A stretch of DNA of 64,000 bases from the NCBI GenBank assembly GCA_965198175.1, contig OZ240245.1, positions 3,904,001-3,968,000 of the forward strand, given 5' to 3'. This DNA comes from Candidatus Poribacteria bacterium (lineage in GTDB: Bacteria > Poribacteria > WGA-4E > PCPOR2b). The notes beneath the pieces were generated by a model. It saw only the letters and a program-made list of their open reading frames with translations, did no database searches and was not told the origin of the DNA. Positions within the stretch are counted from its first letter, which is position 1, and the number at the start of each line of letters is the position of its first letter. Shown here piece after piece: positions 32,793-43,554 of the stretch. Made by a program: the position numbers and the translations under genes.

Positions 32793-34019
32793 ATGCAAGC
32801 CATTCAGTACAAGAAAAGTGTGCCGCGCTATTTGATTGCGCGACTTTTGGGAAAGCGGTGGAACTGGCTTTACACTTCATGGTTGTCGTGTGCTCGTTTG
32901 GTCGATATTGATGATCCCCCACTTCCCTCGCCCGATTGGGTGAAAGTCAAAACGCGCCTCAGTGGGATCTGCGGGTCGGATGTCGCCACCATCACAGCCA
33001 AAGGGAGTCCGTATTTTTCACCCTTTACTTCTTGCCCGTTCGTGTTTGGCCATGAAGTCGTCGGAGAAGTAGCAGGGATTGGGCCGCATGTTGAAGGCTA
33101 TGCCATCGGCGATCGCGTCGTCATTGAACCGGTTTTGTCGTGCGAGATTAGGGGCATCAAACCAAAATGTCATCAATGCCAACGAGGGCATTATGCTGGT
33201 TGTGAGAACATTACGCGAGGCGATATTTCTGCAGGGGTACAAACGGGGTACTGCCGGGACACCGGCGGCGGGTGGAGTAAGTATTTTGTAGCACACAAGA
33301 ATCAGATATTTCGCGTGCCGGATGAAGTCCCTGACGAAATCGCCGTGCTGATCGAACCGTTTTCGTGCGCGTTACACGGGGTACTGCAAGCCAATGTGAA
33401 AGACACCGATGAAATCCTGATTCTCGGCGCGGGAACGATTGGATTGCTCACGCTCGCGGCGATTCGACAACTCGCAAAGCCGAGCCGAATTTTTATCGTT
33501 GGGAAGCATCAACATCAGCGGAGACTCGCTCGTGAACTCGGCGCGGATGACGTGCTTTCACCTGGGAGTGAGATATACGAAGACTTTTGTCAATTGACTC
33601 AGGCTGAAAGTTATCAACCTGAGCTCGGGAAACCGGTCATACTTGGCGGCGTTGACCTTACCTTCGATTGTGTGGCATCCGCAGGGACAATTGACGATGC
33701 TCTCCGCTTGACACGTGCGGGTGGGCGAGTGATGCTTGTCGGCATGCCCGCCATTCCGAAAAACATCGATTGGACAGCGCTCTGGCACAAGGAACTGAGG
33801 GTTCGAGGTGTTTACGCTTACGGTCTGGAATACTACGGTTGCGAACAGATTCGTACCTTTGCGCTAGGGATTCGACTTCTGCAACAGATGGGAAGCGACC
33901 TATTACCGTTAGTCGGGGGGCGATTTTCGTTAAAGGATTATCGGCAAGCCATTCAAACTGCGCTGCACACCGGGAAATTCGGTTCCGTGAAAACCGTCTT
34001 CGATTTACGTTCATCGTGA
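32793..34019 (+). CDS. Zinc-dependent medium-chain dehydrogenase
   Basis: GICGSD, GHE, structural Cys cluster and GAGTIG. Start reassigned to MQAIQY. Confidence 0.9.
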   Translation: MQAIQYKKSVPRYLIARLLGKRWNWLYTSWLSCARLVDIDDPPLPSPDWVKVKTRLSGICGSDVATITAKGSPYFSPFTSCPFVFGHEVVGEVAGIGPHVEGYAIGDRVVIEPVLSCEIRGIKPKCHQCQRGHYAGCENITRGDISAGVQTGYCRDTGGGWSKYFVAHKNQIFRVPDEVPDEIAVLIEPFSCALHGVLQANVKDTDEILILGAGTIGLLTLAAIRQLAKPSRIFIVGKHQHQRRLARELGADDVLSPGSEIYEDFCQLTQAESYQPELGKPVILGGVDLTFDCVASAGTIDDALRLTRAGGRVMLVGMPAIPKNIDWTALWHKELRVRGVYAYGLEYYGCEQIRTFALGIRLLQQMGSDLLPLVGGRFSLKDYRQAIQTALHTGKFGSVKTVFDLRSS

Positions 34020-34068
34020 ACAGTTGAATCCTTCATAACTGTGAATTGAGGATTAAAGGAAAAAATAT

Positions 34069-35667
34069 ATGGGGAACGATAACGACAGAGGCGACCTTAT
34101 TACTTACGTCGAGGATTCCAACCAAAAGTATCTGTTCCACTATGGGGATGGTTTCCTCTATGATCGCCTTCCCAAAGGGACTCGCGTAATCTATCCGCCG
34201 ACTCCGCTAACACCGATTGCGGATGACACAACCGCTATAAAACACGCGATCGAAAATCCGTTGGGTGCAGCGCCGCTTTCAGCCCAACTCCGCCCCGGCA
34301 TGAAGGTAACGATTGCGTTCGACGATCTCTCGCTGCCGCTGCCGCCGATGAAAACGCCGGATGTACGCCAACGAATTATCGAAATTGTCCTCAGAGAACT
34401 CGCTGACGCGGGAATTGATGATATTCATCTGATAGCGGCGTTGGGGCTCCACCGGCGTATGACACCCGCTGAACTCAAACGGTGCGTCGGCGCAAAGACT
34501 TTTAATCGGTTCTATCCGGATGGATTGTATAATCACGATGCCGAAGACAAAGAAAATCTCTCTTTTCTCGGAAAAACTGAAATGGGAGAAGAGGTCGAAA
34601 TCAATCGCCGAATTGCGGAATCAGATCTGTTAATCTATGTAAATATCAACCTCGTCGCGATGGATGGCGGGTACAAATCACTGCCGACCGGCATATGTAG
34701 TTATCGAAGCATTCGTCATCACCACAACACGCATACTCTGATGCGCTCTTTGTCGTATATGCACCCGCCAAAGTCCGCACTGCATCACTCCTGTCAGCGG
34801 ATTTGGAAAGTGATAACGGAACATATTAACTTTTTTACGATAGAAACCACCCTCAACAACGCCACGTTCCCGAAATTGTTCCCTTACCTTGAAAAGCGCG
34901 AGAAAGACTTAAATCTCCTTGATCGGCTCAATTTCCATATCAACAAAACCAGCCTTGATATTATGCCGAACGCCATGGCTCGTGCCGTGATGCAGAGCAT
35001 GCGCGCCCCTTACGGATTAACGGGCGTGCACGCGGGACACACAGAACCGGTTCATGAGAAGACTCTTGAAAATGTTTACAAACAGCAGTTGGTCACTGTC
35101 AATGGTCAGGCAGATATTATAATCACAGGCGTTCCGTATGTGGGGCCTTACAACGTGAATTCGATTATGAACCCAATTCTAGTCATGTGTATGACGCTGG
35201 GGTACGCCTTTAATTTTTATCACAACCTGCCCTTGGTACGACAAGGGGGCGTGGCAATTTTCACTCACCCCGTTGATTACAAATTTCACAAAGTCCATCA
35301 CCCGTCATACATTGACTTTTTCGAACAAGTCCTTACGGAAACAACCGACCCAGTCGAAATCGAAAAGAAGTACGAAGAGTCGTTCGCCCATAACCCTAGA
35401 TACATCGAACTCTATCGAAACTCCTATGCTTATCACGGTGTACATCCCTTTTACATGTGGTATTGGGGCTGCTATGCGCTTGATTATCTTGGAAAAGTGA
35501 TTTTCGTCAAACCGAGGAGTGTCGAAGCGGTACGTCGCATGGGTTTTGACTACGCGAAGAACCTCACTGAAGCGATTGAGATGGCGCAGAGTTTCGTAGG
35601 GGGATCATCGCCGGAGATTACCTACTATCACTATCCACCGATTTTTATGTGCGATGTGTCAGTGTAG
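34069..35667 (+). CDS. Lactate racemase (LarA/DUF2088) domain protein
   Basis: AIENPLG..PL, IAFDDLS, ALGLHRRMT, NHDAED and GGYKS. Confidence 0.8.
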   Translation: MGNDNDRGDLITYVEDSNQKYLFHYGDGFLYDRLPKGTRVIYPPTPLTPIADDTTAIKHAIENPLGAAPLSAQLRPGMKVTIAFDDLSLPLPPMKTPDVRQRIIEIVLRELADAGIDDIHLIAALGLHRRMTPAELKRCVGAKTFNRFYPDGLYNHDAEDKENLSFLGKTEMGEEVEINRRIAESDLLIYVNINLVAMDGGYKSLPTGICSYRSIRHHHNTHTLMRSLSYMHPPKSALHHSCQRIWKVITEHINFFTIETTLNNATFPKLFPYLEKREKDLNLLDRLNFHINKTSLDIMPNAMARAVMQSMRAPYGLTGVHAGHTEPVHEKTLENVYKQQLVTVNGQADIIITGVPYVGPYNVNSIMNPILVMCMTLGYAFNFYHNLPLVRQGGVAIFTHPVDYKFHKVHHPSYIDFFEQVLTETTDPVEIEKKYEESFAHNPRYIELYRNSYAYHGVHPFYMWYWGCYALDYLGKVIFVKPRSVEAVRRMGFDYAKNLTEAIEMAQSFVGGSSPEITYYHYPPIFMCDVSV

Positions 35668-35708
35668 CAGAGAATGCGCAAATCAAACAATGAGGAGGAA
35701 CGACCACG

Positions 35709-38700
35709 ATGTCTACGACAAAAATAATACGCATTAGCGTCCACATTTTCTTGCTGTCCACGCTTTTTCCACTTCACCTCTTTACTGCGTCTGCACAGGC
35801 GCCCAGTCCTTCGGACATCATTGAGACAGCGATACGTCACCAAAACCTCGGGCTCGCTTACCTCGAAGAGTCTCGACCGAGCAAGGCGATTTCGGAATTT
35901 GAGGCACTGGTGGATATCATCTCGGACGAGCCTATTGGGTACGGCAATCTCGCGGTAGCGTATCTTCGTCGCCAAAAAAGCGAAGAGGCCGAAGCTTGGG
36001 TAAAACAGGGGCTTGAAGTCGCGCCGATGGATAGCCAGTTGCATTTTATCCTCGCAGAGGTCTATCAATGGCAGGACAAGCCGGAAGAAATGGTCGCAGA
36101 AATTCAGGAAGCTGTAAAACTCGCGCCCGACGATTTGGAGATGCGATATAGGCTAGTGCGCCACTATTTGGGTCAACGTAATGACCCTGAGGCGATTGAA
36201 CGGGCAATTACGCACCTGCGGACACTGCGCGAGGACACCCCAACAAATGTCGTCGTGCTACTCCAGTTGGCGCAATCGCTTCTGCAACGCGAGCATATTG
36301 AAGAAGCGAAGCAGATTTGTATGGAATTACATGCGCTGTTGTGGGATGTCGATGAAAAGTTCCTGAAGTTCTTAAAACAGGGACTGCTTCTGCTTAACCA
36401 AGGTGATATAAAGGGGGCATCTCGAAATATTCGGATTTTCAATAACGTCCAAAGAAACACGCCTCGCTACCAGCAAGGAATCGGGGAGCTTGTAACTGAC
36501 ATTATTGGGCACCCCATTGAAGAATTTAGCCCCGGTTTCAAATCCCGTGTGGTAGCAAAACTAAGCCCACCAATTGAAATGCGCTATGTCGATGTTACGG
36601 AGGAACTTGGACTAAGCAGTTTGGCGGGAAAGAAAACAAAGATTATTTTGTCGGACTCGGACAACGATGGCGATTTGGACCTGTACACGCTTTTTGCTAG
36701 AAACAGCGAGGAATCCGTTCGCGGTTTTTTCCAGAACGAAGACGGGGTGTTTGTATCTCGCCTACCGGGGGAATACGGAGATGCCGCAGCCTTTGTCGAC
36801 ATTGACAAGGACAGTGACCAAGATTTATACGTCCTAGTGAAGAAACAGGAGAAGCTGCGTAAGAATGTAGGCGAAGGGTTTGAGCTTCAATCACAACCCA
36901 GAGTTGGCGCCGAGGTACTCTTTGTCGATTATGATCACGACGGCGACCTCGATAAGATGATAGTCAGCGATATTGAAACTAGCGCGCATCGGAACAATGG
37001 CGACGGTTCATTCACCGATGTGACGCATCAGACATTTCTGCCCTCTGATCCGCAGGGTGGTCTTGACGCCGCCTTCGGCGATTTTGATGATGATGGCGAT
37101 GTCGACTTATTCATCGTGAATGGTGGGAGCGGGTGCACCCTTTACACCAATTTGCGTCAGGGAAAGATGCGGGCGGTAACCGATGAACTAGGCATTTCGC
37201 AGGATGTGTTCTTCACGACGGTTACAGTCGGCGATTACGAAAATGACGGCGATCTCGATCTCTTTTTGGGGACAGGCGGCGATACGCCTCATCAGCTCTA
37301 TCGCAACCGGGGGGACGCCACGTTTGTTCACGATAACCGTTCACAGGCGGGAATAGCAGCGACAAATGGCGTTAGAGGTTGGGATGCTCATTTCCTCGAT
37401 TATGATAACGACGGTTTTTTGGATCTTTGGGTAATCGGGAAACGACTAGACGGAATTGGTAGGGGTGTTTTGCTCTTTCGGAATGACGGGACCGCGCGAT
37501 TTACCGATACTTCGGGATTGCTTCCGGACGGTATCACCGCCGGTACTGATGGCGCGGTCGGCGACTACGATAACGATGGTGCTCTTGATCTATTTATGAT
37601 TAACGATGAGGGTCAGGTTTTCGCGTTACGAAACGACGGAGGGAACAAGAACGGATGGTTGCAAGTGCGGTTAGAAGGGGTTACTGCGGGCAATAACAAG
37701 GTCAACATCGACGGTATCGCATCCAGAGTTGAACTCAAGGCTGGCGATCTTTACCAGATGAGAAATGTCATCGAACCTATTACCCATTTCGGACTGGGAC
37801 CTGCAGAGCAGGGGGATGTGTTGAGGGTGGTCTGGACGAACGGCGTTCCCCAGAATCTTATCCTGCCCAAGACGAATCAGCGCATCGTTGAAAAACAGAT
37901 TTTGAAGGGCTGTTGCCCGTTCTTGTACGTCTACGATGGCGAGAACTATCAATTTCTGACAGATCTCTTGTGGCGCAGCCCGCTTGGGATGGCTACGCCG
38001 ATGGGGTTCCTCGCGGCAGCTGAAACTGCCGATTATGTCAAAATCTCGGGCGATCTCATGAAACCCAAATCTGGCGTTTATTCACTGCAAGTTACAGAGG
38101 AACTCTGGGAAACCGCCTATGTTGATGAGGTTAAGCTGTTTGTGGTGGACCACCCCGCGGGAACGCAGATTTTCGTTGATGAGAAATACAGCCCACCACC
38201 GATTCCTGAATTCAAGATCTTTGTAACACAGGAGATTCACCGACCGCACGCCGCATTCGATTCCCACGGAAACGATGTTTCCGATGCACTCATGGAATTC
38301 GACTATCGATATGCCGTCGAACATGAGCCCGGTAAGTTTCAAGGGGTCGTTGAGCCGCATTCTGTCATTCTCGACCTTGGCGATGTGCCCAACGACCAAC
38401 CGGTTATGCTGTTTCTCACCGGTTGGATTTTCCCTACAGACACGAGTATCAACGTTTCGCTCTCCCAAAATCCGTCGCTCAGCCCGAGATTCCCACACCT
38501 ACAAGTGCGAAACAGTAGGGGCAACTGGCAAACGGTCATTGACGTGATTGGAATACCAGCGGGGAAGAACAAAACAATCGTCGTAGATTTAACGGGCAAA
38601 TTCCTTTCTGCGGATCGGCGGGTGAAAATTTCAACAGATATGCAGATATATTGGGATTCGGCGTTTTTCACAATCGGCAAACCTGACGTACCCATGCAGA

Positions 38701-39179
38701 TAACAGAATTACCTCCCCATAGCGCAGATCTTCACTATCGCGGCTTCTCTGAGATGTATCGCCCAACACCCCATGCGCCACACCTGTTCAATTATGAAAA
38801 AGTCCTCAAGGATGCACAGTGGCGGGACCTTGCGGGGAATTATACCCGCTACGGGGATGTCACGCCGCTGCTGCAGCACATAGATGATATGTATGTCATT
38901 TTGAATGCGGGCGACGAAATGACCGTTGAGTTTGACGCGGCGAAGTTACCGCCATTGAAAGATGGGTGGGTGCGAGATTTTATTCTGTACAGCGATGGTT
39001 GGGATAAGGATGGCGACATCAATACGCTCTTTTCGCAGACCGTCGATCCGTTGCCATTTCACGACATGTCCGCCTATCCATATCGTGAAGGTGAGAATTA
39101 CCCCAACGATTTAGAGCATCTACGGTATCAACTGGAATACAACACACGGCGGGTACGACATGAGCTGCCGCGCTTTTAG
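35709..39179 (+). CDS. Secreted TPR plus FG-GAP repeat plus ASPIC/UnbV (CRTAC1-like) protein
   Basis: Signal peptide, TPRs, repeated DxDxDGDxD, HFGLG and GCCPFLY. Confidence 0.88.
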   Translation: MSTTKIIRISVHIFLLSTLFPLHLFTASAQAPSPSDIIETAIRHQNLGLAYLEESRPSKAISEFEALVDIISDEPIGYGNLAVAYLRRQKSEEAEAWVKQGLEVAPMDSQLHFILAEVYQWQDKPEEMVAEIQEAVKLAPDDLEMRYRLVRHYLGQRNDPEAIERAITHLRTLREDTPTNVVVLLQLAQSLLQREHIEEAKQICMELHALLWDVDEKFLKFLKQGLLLLNQGDIKGASRNIRIFNNVQRNTPRYQQGIGELVTDIIGHPIEEFSPGFKSRVVAKLSPPIEMRYVDVTEELGLSSLAGKKTKIILSDSDNDGDLDLYTLFARNSEESVRGFFQNEDGVFVSRLPGEYGDAAAFVDIDKDSDQDLYVLVKKQEKLRKNVGEGFELQSQPRVGAEVLFVDYDHDGDLDKMIVSDIETSAHRNNGDGSFTDVTHQTFLPSDPQGGLDAAFGDFDDDGDVDLFIVNGGSGCTLYTNLRQGKMRAVTDELGISQDVFFTTVTVGDYENDGDLDLFLGTGGDTPHQLYRNRGDATFVHDNRSQAGIAATNGVRGWDAHFLDYDNDGFLDLWVIGKRLDGIGRGVLLFRNDGTARFTDTSGLLPDGITAGTDGAVGDYDNDGALDLFMINDEGQVFALRNDGGNKNGWLQVRLEGVTAGNNKVNIDGIASRVELKAGDLYQMRNVIEPITHFGLGPAEQGDVLRVVWTNGVPQNLILPKTNQRIVEKQILKGCCPFLYVYDGENYQFLTDLLWRSPLGMATPMGFLAAAETADYVKISGDLMKPKSGVYSLQVTEELWETAYVDEVKLFVVDHPAGTQIFVDEKYSPPPIPEFKIFVTQEIHRPHAAFDSHGNDVSDALMEFDYRYAVEHEPGKFQGVVEPHSVILDLGDVPNDQPVMLFLTGWIFPTDTSINVSLSQNPSLSPRFPHLQVRNSRGNWQTVIDVIGIPAGKNKTIVVDLTGKFLSADRRVKISTDMQIYWDSAFFTIGKPDVPMQITELPPHSADLHYRGFSEMYRPTPHAPHLFNYEKVLKDAQWRDLAGNYTRYGDVTPLLQHIDDMYVILNAGDEMTVEFDAAKLPPLKDGWVRDFILYSDGWDKDGDINTLFSQTVDPLPFHDMSAYPYREGENYPNDLEHLRYQLEYNTRRVRHELPRF

Positions 39180-39313
39180 TTTGATCTGTACGGCGATTGA
39201 TGTCAGCGAATCTGGCACTGAAGCCTCTTTTAGCACTGTGATGCAAAGGTGAAGAGTTCCTAGATTTTGTGGAAAATTGTATGAGATGAATGTTATAATC
39301 AACGGAGAAGGCA

Positions 39314-40342
39314 ATGACTGAGAGAGTAACTGAGGTTCGTACTGGTTGGTGTTGGTCGGTTGCAACTCTAGCGTTAATAGTATTTCTGTTGGTTGGTGCC
39401 GGAGGTATTACTGTTCATGAGGTTTCCGATGATGACGACGTTGACAATCGCAAACTAATTTTGGTGTCACCGCCGGCAAAACGAGTAACAGAACCACTTT
39501 CCTTAAGCCATCGTATCTCTGTTCCAGATTTTAAGCTACACCCGGGCGGTATTCTGGAGTGGTCAAATAATTTGCGGCTGGGTTATGGCGGCGTAGGACC
39601 TGGCGCTGCGCCCATCGGAGATTTAATTCGGGCACAGAGGGGCGGCAACATTACTCTTGAGCCGCAGGGCGATTACATGCGATGCGCCATCGACCTGCTT
39701 CCGACAGCGGGCAAACTTCCCGATTTGGACGCTATTGGAGAACTAACAATCCATCGCATTCACCCTACAGCGACCGATCACGAGATGATTAGTTACAGCG
39801 GGTTGGGCACTAAGAACGGAGTGTATGGAATAATTGTTGAGGCTCACGGACAAGGCAAGCTGCGACCACTAGTGTTCATGACGGTGCAAGGGGGATTGAA
39901 CAAGGGCGAGGAAAATTTCACGGCAGAAGCCATGCGAATGAATGAAGACGGCACCATCGCGCTCGGGGTTACCCGAATTGGTGGCAAGCTGAAGCGACCA
40001 ATCGACAGCCTAACCATCCATCAGCCCGATCCAGAAAAGATGGGCGCCTACGATTCTGATTACCTCAGATGGATTGGGAAGACACACGACGGAGAGATAG
40101 CTCATCAGGTCAACTGGCGAATAAACGTAGATGTAAAAAACAAGAACGGGGATTCAAACCTTGTAGTGGAGAGCGGATTTGATGGTGCAAATTACAGAAA
40201 GAGAGTAGAGATTACTGACAGTGGAGACGTGGAGTTTTCGTCCGTCGGAAGCGGCGTAATCTTACGTTCCCCCAATGGCAAACGTTGGAAAATGACCGTT
40301 GAAAACGATGGCAGCTTACGTACAGACCCAATGGGGCACTAG
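39314..40342 (+). CDS. Hypothetical exported beta-rich protein
   Basis: N-terminal hydrophobic segment; C-terminal GVILRSPNGKRWKMTVENDGSL. Confidence 0.65.
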   Translation: MTERVTEVRTGWCWSVATLALIVFLLVGAGGITVHEVSDDDDVDNRKLILVSPPAKRVTEPLSLSHRISVPDFKLHPGGILEWSNNLRLGYGGVGPGAAPIGDLIRAQRGGNITLEPQGDYMRCAIDLLPTAGKLPDLDAIGELTIHRIHPTATDHEMISYSGLGTKNGVYGIIVEAHGQGKLRPLVFMTVQGGLNKGEENFTAEAMRMNEDGTIALGVTRIGGKLKRPIDSLTIHQPDPEKMGAYDSDYLRWIGKTHDGEIAHQVNWRINVDVKNKNGDSNLVVESGFDGANYRKRVEITDSGDVEFSSVGSGVILRSPNGKRWKMTVENDGSLRTDPMGH

Positions 40343-40470
40343 CCGCATTTTCCGCCTTACCAGTTCTTATTTGTCAGCATCAGCATTTGGTTCAGATGTT
40401 CGAGAACATCTTACCGATGATGCCTATAAACATACAAGTTATCAAATAGACCAACTAGGAGAGCAAAGTT

Positions 40471-41541
40471 ATGTCTGAGATACGTACTGCGATTGTCGGC
40501 GTGGGGAACTGCGCTTCCTCACTGATTCAGGGGATTCAATATTATCGGGATGCAACGGAGGCTGAATTCGTCCCCGGTCTCATGCATGTGAGGCTGGGCG
40601 ATTACCATATCAGTGACATTAACGTGGTGGCAGCCTTTGACGTTGATAGTAACAAAGTAGGACGCGATGTCGCTGACGCCATTTTCGTTGAACCCAACAA
40701 CACAATCAAATTCTCGGATGTGCCCACAACGGGCGTTAGTGTCCAACGCGGACGCACAATGGACGGGTTCGCAAAATACTACCGTGAGACTGTCGAAGAG
40801 TCAACCGCCGAAGAGGTTGATGTCGTTTCCGTGCTGCGCGAAACGCAAACTGATATTCTTATTAACTATCTACCCGTGGGCAGCGAAGAGGCTACAAAGT
40901 GGTATGTGGCTCAAGCGCTGGACGCCGGGTGCGCCGTTGTGAACTGTATGCCCGTTTTTATTGCGAGAAACGACCAATGGCGGGCGAAGTTTGAAGCTGC
41001 TGGATTACCTATCGTTGGGGACGACATCAAGGCACAGTTCGGGGCGACAATTGTACATCGGGCTCTAGCAAAGCTGATGAGTGACCGCGGTTTGAAACTT
41101 GACCGGACCTCCCAGTTGAATGTTGGCGGCAATATGGACTTCAAGAACATGTTGGAGAAGGAGCGTTTGGAATCGAAGCGAATCTCCAAGACAAACGCGG
41201 TTGTTTCGCAATTGGACCATGACATCTCGCCGGACAACGTTCATATAGGGCCCAGCGACTACATTCCCTGGCTGTTAGATCGGAAATGGTGCTATCTCTA
41301 TCTGGAGGGCACAGAATTTGGGGACATTCCCGTCAGGGCTGAAGTTAAATTGGAGGTCTGGGATTCGCCAAACTCCGCAGGCATCGCCATCGACGCGATA
41401 CGCTGCTGCAAGATTGCTCAGGATCGCGGCATCGCCGGCGCGCTCTATGGTCCCAGCGCTTACTTCATGAAGTCACCACCGGTCCAATATGCTGACACCG
41501 AAGCGCGAGAGATGTTAGAAGCGTTTATAGCGGGCAGATAG
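40471..41541 (+). CDS. ino1: myo-inositol-1-phosphate synthase
   Basis: [35 protein letters not shown] and YFMKSPP. Confidence 0.95.
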   Translation: MSEIRTAIVGVGNCASSLIQGIQYYRDATEAEFVPGLMHVRLGDYHISDINVVAAFDVDSNKVGRDVADAIFVEPNNTIKFSDVPTTGVSVQRGRTMDGFAKYYRETVEESTAEEVDVVSVLRETQTDILINYLPVGSEEATKWYVAQALDAGCAVVNCMPVFIARNDQWRAKFEAAGLPIVGDDIKAQFGATIVHRALAKLMSDRGLKLDRTSQLNVGGNMDFKNMLEKERLESKRISKTNAVVSQLDHDISPDNVHIGPSDYIPWLLDRKWCYLYLEGTEFGDIPVRAEVKLEVWDSPNSAGIAIDAIRCCKIAQDRGIAGALYGPSAYFMKSPPVQYADTEAREMLEAFIAGR

Positions 41542-41737
41542 CTTTGGAAAGCGGTGTACGCAGTCTTCAATGGGGGATGCAGAGGGGTTTTCTGCTTTCC
41601 CATTTTTGTTTTACCGTCGGTGCGGAGCGCGTTGGGAAGCAGACTCAATCGCTCCGATACAACTGTTTTTCGCCGTACAGCATTACATTTGTGCTCTAAG
41701 AACTGGCAAGAGTTTTGTATCAAGTTAGGAGTAGAAC

Positions 41738-42088
41738 ATGCCTCGTTTCCGTGCAATTCATACTGTTGAATTAAAACAGAATGTGGATTCCGAAATCTTC
41801 GAAGATTTTATGTCACGTGAATATTTGCCTGCGACACGTTCCCTGCCTGGGTGTCTGCAGGTTGAATTTCTCAAAGGATACCAGGGGAACTTTGTGGGGG
41901 TCGCACCGTCAAAACATGACTATGCCTGGGTGACGCTTTGGGAGAGTGTGGAAGCAAACAACGCCATTTGGTCGAAGGAAGGTGCGCATCACACGCCAGA
42001 GGGAATATTGGAAGTGAATGCTAAGCTGTATCATTATGCTGCGAACTATTCTCTAGTTGGTGGGTTTACTGTTGAAGCATCGGTTTAA
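41738..42088 (+). CDS. Small dimeric alpha-beta barrel-like protein
   Basis: 116 aa with an AGGAG RBS; LPGC and TLWESVEA pattern. Confidence 0.6.
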   Translation: MPRFRAIHTVELKQNVDSEIFEDFMSREYLPATRSLPGCLQVEFLKGYQGNFVGVAPSKHDYAWVTLWESVEANNAIWSKEGAHHTPEGILEVNAKLYHYAANYSLVGGFTVEASV

Positions 42089-42172
42089 TTTGCAGAAAGG
42101 AAAGTGATTGCTTCTTGAAAACGCTGTTCCGATACGATTGGCGTTTCCGGATTGCAATTCACGGGTCACGTC

Positions 42173-43039
42173 TTAGTTCTTACCTTCCGCCAATTTGAGA
42201 CGACCCCAGACGCTAATCAACCGCTTATGCTTAGGTTCGACCGCTAGAGTGCTCGTCGACCAATCGGGCTGATAATCGCCTGTAGGGTCGTTGGTGAGAT
42301 TGAGAATCCGATCGGCGTTCAAATCGTAAAGATATATATCCCAGTTATCTTCGCTAAATTCACCCTTTTCTTCTCGTCCAGTGAAGGCAATATGTGTCCC
42401 ATCCGATGACCAACTGTAGCCGCTAGTTAAAGCCCATGTTCGAGGTATGCGGAGTGTTTCGATATGTTGTCCATTTTTTGTCATGATATTTAGACTAGCA
42501 TCATTCACAGTACCGTCTTTTGATGACTTATAGATAATCCTGTTACCGTCCGGCGACCATCGCGGACGCAAATGCACAAAGCCTTGGTCAGTCAGGCGCA
42601 AAGGTTTTTTCCCATTAGCATGCATCACAAAAATCGATCTGCCAAGTCCTGCCTGCCCCTCATAGGCGATTTTTTCCCCGTTCGGGGACCAACTCGGTCT
42701 TGAGGCAAACCCGAAATCAAGGTTATTATCGGTTAACCGCTTGACATTTGCGCCGTCAACATCCATGACATAGATATTCCAGCCGCCGTCACGAGAACTT
42801 GCGAATGCAATCTGACTGCCATCCGGAGACCAGACCGGTGCAGTGTCACTCTCATTCTCCAGACTGTGCGTCAACCGGCGAATCTGACTGCCATCCGGGT
42901 TCATAACATAAATTTGTCTATTACGACTTTCACGGTAAGAAGAAAACAAAAGCTTGCCTTGTAGCATCGGGAACGCATGTGAGTTGAGTAATACTAGCGT
43001 GAGACAAACAATCAATACAATTTTCATTATCATTTTCAT
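42173..43039 (-). CDS. TolB-like PD40 beta-propeller, exported, with C-terminal WGxLK motif
   Basis: Own signal peptide (MKMIMKIVLIVCLTLVLL), WSPDG repeats, ends AVEPKHKRLISVWGRLK. Confidence 0.8.
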   Translation of the reverse strand: MKMIMKIVLIVCLTLVLLNSHAFPMLQGKLLFSSYRESRNRQIYVMNPDGSQIRRLTHSLENESDTAPVWSPDGSQIAFASSRDGGWNIYVMDVDGANVKRLTDNNLDFGFASRPSWSPNGEKIAYEGQAGLGRSIFVMHANGKKPLRLTDQGFVHLRPRWSPDGNRIIYKSSKDGTVNDASLNIMTKNGQHIETLRIPRTWALTSGYSWSSDGTHIAFTGREEKGEFSEDNWDIYLYDLNADRILNLTNDPTGDYQPDWSTSTLAVEPKHKRLISVWGRLKLAEGKN

Positions 43040-43186
43040 CTCGGAGGTATCTCTTTTAGGAATTGCAAATTTTGGAAGAGTGAACAGACCACTCCCGGCG
43101 CAGATGAGAGAAAAACAGCCGATTCCGACAAGAATCACTAATAAATCTCGGCAAACGAATCCTTTGATTTTGGATAATCTTGGTGA

Positions 43187-43519
43187 TTGATTTTTCCCGT
43201 CGGCGTCCATCACGTAGAGTCCACTGCCCTCTGGTCGTTGCCAATAAAAAGCGATTCGCCGACCGTCGGGTGACCATGCTGGCGTGTAGTCACCACTAGG
43301 ATGATTGGTTAGATTGCGCTGATTTTTCCCATCAGCGTCCATCAGGTAAATATCGTCGTTGCCACCCCTAAACGAGGTGAAGGCAATTTTAGGCGTTCTG
43401 GGCGCCTGCCCCCACCCATCGGCGGATAATATGGCACTGCCAAAAAAGACTAATAAAATTATAACGATGTTAAACCAACGACCTCGATTCATCCCTCTGT
43501 TTTGTCGGAAGTTGAACAT
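43187..43519 (-). pseudogene. Truncated TolB-like gene reading in frame into the next gene
   Basis: Signal peptide and about two PD40 repeats ending at DADGKNQ, followed by non-propeller sequence. Confidence 0.6.
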
Positions 43520-43554
43520 ATTTGCACCTCATCTGGCAGCGTTGAGTAGAGAGC

